Assembly (NCBI GenBank): GCA_036339465.1
Contig: JAYZAY010000025.1
Coordinates: 1-29,123 of the forward strand
Direction: 5' to 3'
Length of the DNA stretch: 29,123 bases
Source of the DNA: Myxococcota bacterium
GTDB lineage: Bacteria; Myxococcota; XYA12-FULL-58-9; JABJBS01
Below the pieces are notes generated by a model. It was given only the letters and a program-made list of their open reading frames with translations, was not told the origin of the DNA and did not search any database. Shown piece after piece: positions 27,401-29,123 of the stretch (positions are counted from its first letter, which is position 1; the number at the start of each line of letters is the position of its first letter). Made by a program: the position numbers and the translations under genes.

Positions 27401-29123
27401 TACGGTGGGCACGGTCGTCGAAGCCAGCGTGACGGGGGACGGCATCTGTTCGGATACCAGTGCGGCTCCCTGCGCCTGTGTGGTAACCCTGAAGGAGGGT
27501 TTAAACGGGGAAGGTTCATTTCAGGATGACACAGGGTTGGTGGGGATATCCACGGCGGCTTTAAGCGACTGCGCCTCTGCCCACAAGAATCTCAGCTCTT
27601 CTCCTTACTGTAATAAGGACGGCAGTGATATTGCTTATACCCTGGGCGAGTGTGTGAATTCCAATGGCCTGGAGGCAAGTTGCAACGCCCAAGTTTATTT
27701 GCAAGCGCGCCTCAATGGCTCAGCAAGCGGCTATACTACCGTGTCTCTCACAGGCGTTAGCGATGGGAAACTCGATCTCACAGCCGATCAGACTCTGGCC
27801 ACGTCGCTGTTGACCCAGGATTTCAGGTTTTCCCCAGGATTGGCGCGGGATGTTCGGGTGGTGGTGGAGGACCAAAATGGAAACACGAACTATTCAGGTC
27901 CGGTGGTGGTGGTTTTGAATGCCACTGGAGTTATTATGACTGTTGAGGTCAAGGATGATATCGGTAACTTCACAGCGGTTTCCAACGGTTTTCAAGTTTT
28001 AGCGACCCACAACAAAGCCGGCGTGGGAGACTGTGAGGCTGGGGGCATGAAGGTGAATCTGAGGATCACCGCCCAAGCTCGCGGTGAGCATGATATTGGC
28101 TCGGTGCAATTGGCGGCCAATAGTATCAACCACACTGCCCCCGAAACTATCGAAGAGGCCCCCTCGAAAATGGTTCGTGATTTCAACTGCGTGGCCCTCA
28201 CAGATGGCACTGCCAACACCTTGCAGGTGACCACTACCAACACGGATTCGGCGGCCATTGGTTCGACGACCTTGTCTGATTTGCAGGTGGATTCCTCGGT
28301 GCCTACATTCGAATTTGAACGTTGTTCACTTTGTGATTTGGCTGTGCCTTTTGCCAATTCAACCTCCTTTTGTGCCAGCCCCACTTGCAATTCCCGGGGC
28401 GCTGGAGGTGACCTTACCCAAGTGACCACCACCGGTGAGGCGGCCACGGGCGCGGCCAAGTGGGCGATGGAAACTTCGGTTTCCACGGTGGTGGCTAAAT
28501 CCGCCAGTGGTGCCGCGGCGAATACATTCCGAATTGGTGCCGGCAGTCTTCAGCCCAATGGCCTGGTTGTTTTCACGACGGGGGTACCCGTGGGCACGGA
28601 AGTGACGCTCAATGGGCAATCCAGCGCGGGGGGCTCAGCCACCTCCTTGGCCACGGCCAATACCCAGGCCTGCTCAGGAAGTGGTGATACTGAAACCTGT
28701 GTCGTATGGTTTAGTGGCGTCGATGTTGCCGGCCTCGGTAATACGGAATACTACGAAATTTACCCAAGCTTTGCGGATGCGGTGGGGAATAGTGCTGTGG
28801 CCGTCACAGCACGAGCGAGCGGAGCTGGTGAGAAAGAGGCAATTTATGCCCGGGTGGATGTGACACCGCCGGCGGCGATTACCCCCACCCTCTGCATTGG
28901 TGATTCCACCACGCCCACGGGTGTGACGGCGGAAACTGATTTGCCCACCTATGAGCCGGCGGCCTGTGCGGCTCTTTGCGCCACCACCGACGAGGACAAG
29001 TGCACCGATAGTTGCTGTCGACTTCAGGGCAAGGCCACCGTGGCTTGGACGGCTCCGGGGGATGATGGCAGCACCTCTGGCCAAACTGCGACGGCAACCA
29101 ATATTGTGGTGGCAGCATTGGGG
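21417..29123 (+). CDS. Giant Cys-containing Ig-like-repeat cell-surface protein/adhesin, probable lipoprotein; 3'-truncated (>2569 aa)
   Basis: ATG 21417 after TAAGGGGG; manual translation shows no stop to the window end, which explains its absence from the ORF track. N-terminus MGRLKVWMGYAMMGAFAIVEG-CTC. T/S/G/V/D-rich beta-strand composition, ten D-x-x-G-N turns, (V/I)D-x-x-x-P domain junctions, and VAWTAPGDDG near the window end. Confidence 0.92.
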   Translation, partial: MGRLKVWMGYAMMGAFAIVEGCTCSGNVVTDTRLIEFEKPAADELISVLNSDGQSATFDVALRVSGFSGNVKLTNLSDTTAEVKSAEVSLGYARFPGYTAKSGSVQLRAQFDEEDVDVSKCTTTGSGENCTDVSFYVSSGICYLKTPEPGSTQTSDDYDDGDNLEDPVEKDMFANCEGVDEGANVALKINGFITQVKQVASKQVSFPRVALGEGANRIEIIAGTDAEGANASKGTFETTLTVNTGRCEVHFLPASGSSLIGVSDQDPELEGLQAELLVTTTCSDSANINVSYRDKVSGDGTYTKVSGGAGVSKDVDGVSYRAVSLTLPESSGSKSLEVVVTVEETNGSRNGASTPNYYTVDSSAPGITAESIAQGLTTCFSDKDQTAAGYQETISGTLDPRDVDSTLWIRVYEAGTSPANCSAETSCGLSQACLGTGNDAHCRYTTAVQIGGGFSLDNVVMPIEEGGSGALILEVIALDQVGNQSPAVTKDIFVATSNTSSIAITAPVDNAKLKADDNLNGEEDAAFDYNVTLQTTNVAVGTMITMIVGGDVSNAITATVPVSAPDGSANSYGKATFEQRLTLKTSSEASLEFEKTVKAQVTQRCSGQTPDPAESLISLSVDMKAVEIDEASISPSKDVTYPQTGSPIACLKNTDDSNNSISGIQADFTGGFTKDLEPAVGSKVYLAVEGNASHGACTDQCGGGRVCYESKCREVYTLDTAEKVAAGYVFSNITVRSTSGRDGLKEVEITVVEPNGGVGSLSYSLYAYLEEPTLTVTSILEGGVEKPFGATPIYLGADSDGKTGFQGSVKVGAAGLANLRDPVTLSIYGLSFRNFDLTKGSSTYDGIVTLDHGIESTLFASVDDVCGKEIKAVPVKAKVFSDIPPATVSLYEPGDTTTELSGETKAYSNLDVVVNMGSGFTGEARTLTLTAQTGVDASSGGCSGGIDVDLTGYANNPKVVTDVTSHTFEALPLAPDAKNCIQVLVTDAFGNSSSVATAMIQTSSAAPVTLVDGDASTVGLADISSGLVDSDPDKVKYQYTFYVMVGDAGGNGDDVDGTLFLTIAGNGKTNTYEVPAVAGTKFYEFADRNLEQSNSGEVENTITVTYKDSYGNTTVIGGGKSEDSVKLTAPASAGPDLEFTSPGAEAVVSTINNSNQLELVVGLSGDLEPTTCDISHTKDGGSKVLALDDVAWVESATTATYTLTLPDSGSYDLEILCQSSSEVGGATLRMTIDNDAPDESHLSYVNLSGVNGDDNYLVDFGAAATYANSYVVDRGTGGDGVSLKHEVKFNITENPGDMKAILTVTRPSGGVDTYTTDYLKPGDETLTAAAGGAASGSHAVTVTNAGSPYTVQINKVDWGNTDGTFQFSLVLEDRAGLQSAAKTATIQKDRVAPDFTIATPNAGWVEGSSIVLDKPFDQNIAGDGILSTRFSYVTTTSESAINLSWVLSNTVDGNAFDLTQLEVNGTPQTGLGSLTQDKTGSGTSIQTDEISFLLDKPGYQVIATISDAAGNTHTITSLFETRYFEPGIQSVIPADQVFKSDSQSTTAGFQSIMRWEMVSFVAGDTIDICSTVKTGYTPSIKRTSNDATLLTKDMPCRWGVNASHNISGSEVAMGVGTDEPLGRNSQLNVDTGQFETVSESYTQLASFVVARFVVGNPSDAYLSNLTLEDGVQWIHAESTQSDADPDESSSFRRYRVDFRGPAVESLSLKQCSESVTEHCNHAGVGSNDEGASGFVRIGAAEGTTQTVVVEMSGDADFDGGPDIDGRTVTVTATHSETGQVVTAAGTLGSCSGMACGAEVSLNLNQGDGDYVLTASASDAFGNQGDEGGNMRVKLASSAVSVSFDPSVQANACLVSNGVCTAGAEGDGDAEFADAAKTSSENQAMQGAVRFGFGDAPLADSKVTVTVYDALTDGTVVSTTSEKTVVIGQQYLDFQEVDGIKFQPGNNYVDVSYGDAFGNTSSLGSRQLVKVDFKPPTTSLTFTNFSADKTTACAAATVGTVVEASVTGDGICSDTSAAPCACVVTLKEGLNGEGSFQDDTGLVGISTAALSDCASAHKNLSSSPYCNKDGSDIAYTLGECVNSNGLEASCNAQVYLQARLNGSASGYTTVSLTGVSDGKLDLTADQTLATSLLTQDFRFSPGLARDVRVVVEDQNGNTNYSGPVVVVLNATGVIMTVEVKDDIGNFTAVSNGFQVLATHNKAGVGDCEAGGMKVNLRITAQARGEHDIGSVQLAANSINHTAPETIEEAPSKMVRDFNCVALTDGTANTLQVTTTNTDSAAIGSTTLSDLQVDSSVPTFEFERCSLCDLAVPFANSTSFCASPTCNSRGAGGDLTQVTTTGEAATGAAKWAMETSVSTVVAKSASGAAANTFRIGAGSLQPNGLVVFTTGVPVGTEVTLNGQSSAGGSATSLATANTQACSGSGDTETCVVWFSGVDVAGLGNTEYYEIYPSFADAVGNSAVAVTARASGAGEKEAIYARVDVTPPAAITPTLCIGDSTTPTGVTAETDLPTYEPAACAALCATTDEDKCTDSCCRLQGKATVAWTAPGDDGSTSGQTATATNIVVAALG

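Noticed and set aside
21443..29118. Many short ORFs on both strands in the last 7.7 kb, suggesting a gene-poor or pseudogene region
   Set aside because: All lie within the single uninterrupted frame starting at 21417.
28300..29123. Apparent rise in GC toward the window end as a sign of horizontal transfer
   Set aside because: Judged by eye only and explicable by Ala/Gly/Thr-rich coding; no mobility genes or boundary repeats.

Overview
Bacterial chromosomal window of mid GC content, most likely from a Myxococcota/deltaproteobacterial genome (inferred from gene content). (1) 1-13260, + strand: a contiguous Agl-Glt-type envelope motor cluster. It has a 5'-truncated coiled-coil protein, GltD-like and GltE-like TPR proteins, a small GltF-like protein, one MotA/TolQ/ExbB subunit, two ExbD/TolR subunits and a GltG/PglI-like TonB-type protein, followed closely by a coiled-coil protein and a stand-alone cNMP-binding protein. 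The first ExbD carries Asn where the family has its essential transmembrane Asp, and a perfect 17-bp hairpin lies between the ExbB and ExbD genes. (2) 13304-21057: housekeeping genes (hemC, queF, rhomboid protease, a hypothetical protein, trmB, epmA, a FadL-type outer-membrane transporter, spoVR). (3) 21117-29123: an orphan PqqD/RRE gene 21 bp upstream of a giant ORF that the ORF track omits. That ORF is more than 2569 aa, runs off the window, and encodes a probable lipoprotein surface protein of divergent Ig-like repeats with Cys-rich inserts. No rRNA, tRNA, CRISPR array or mobile element was recognised.
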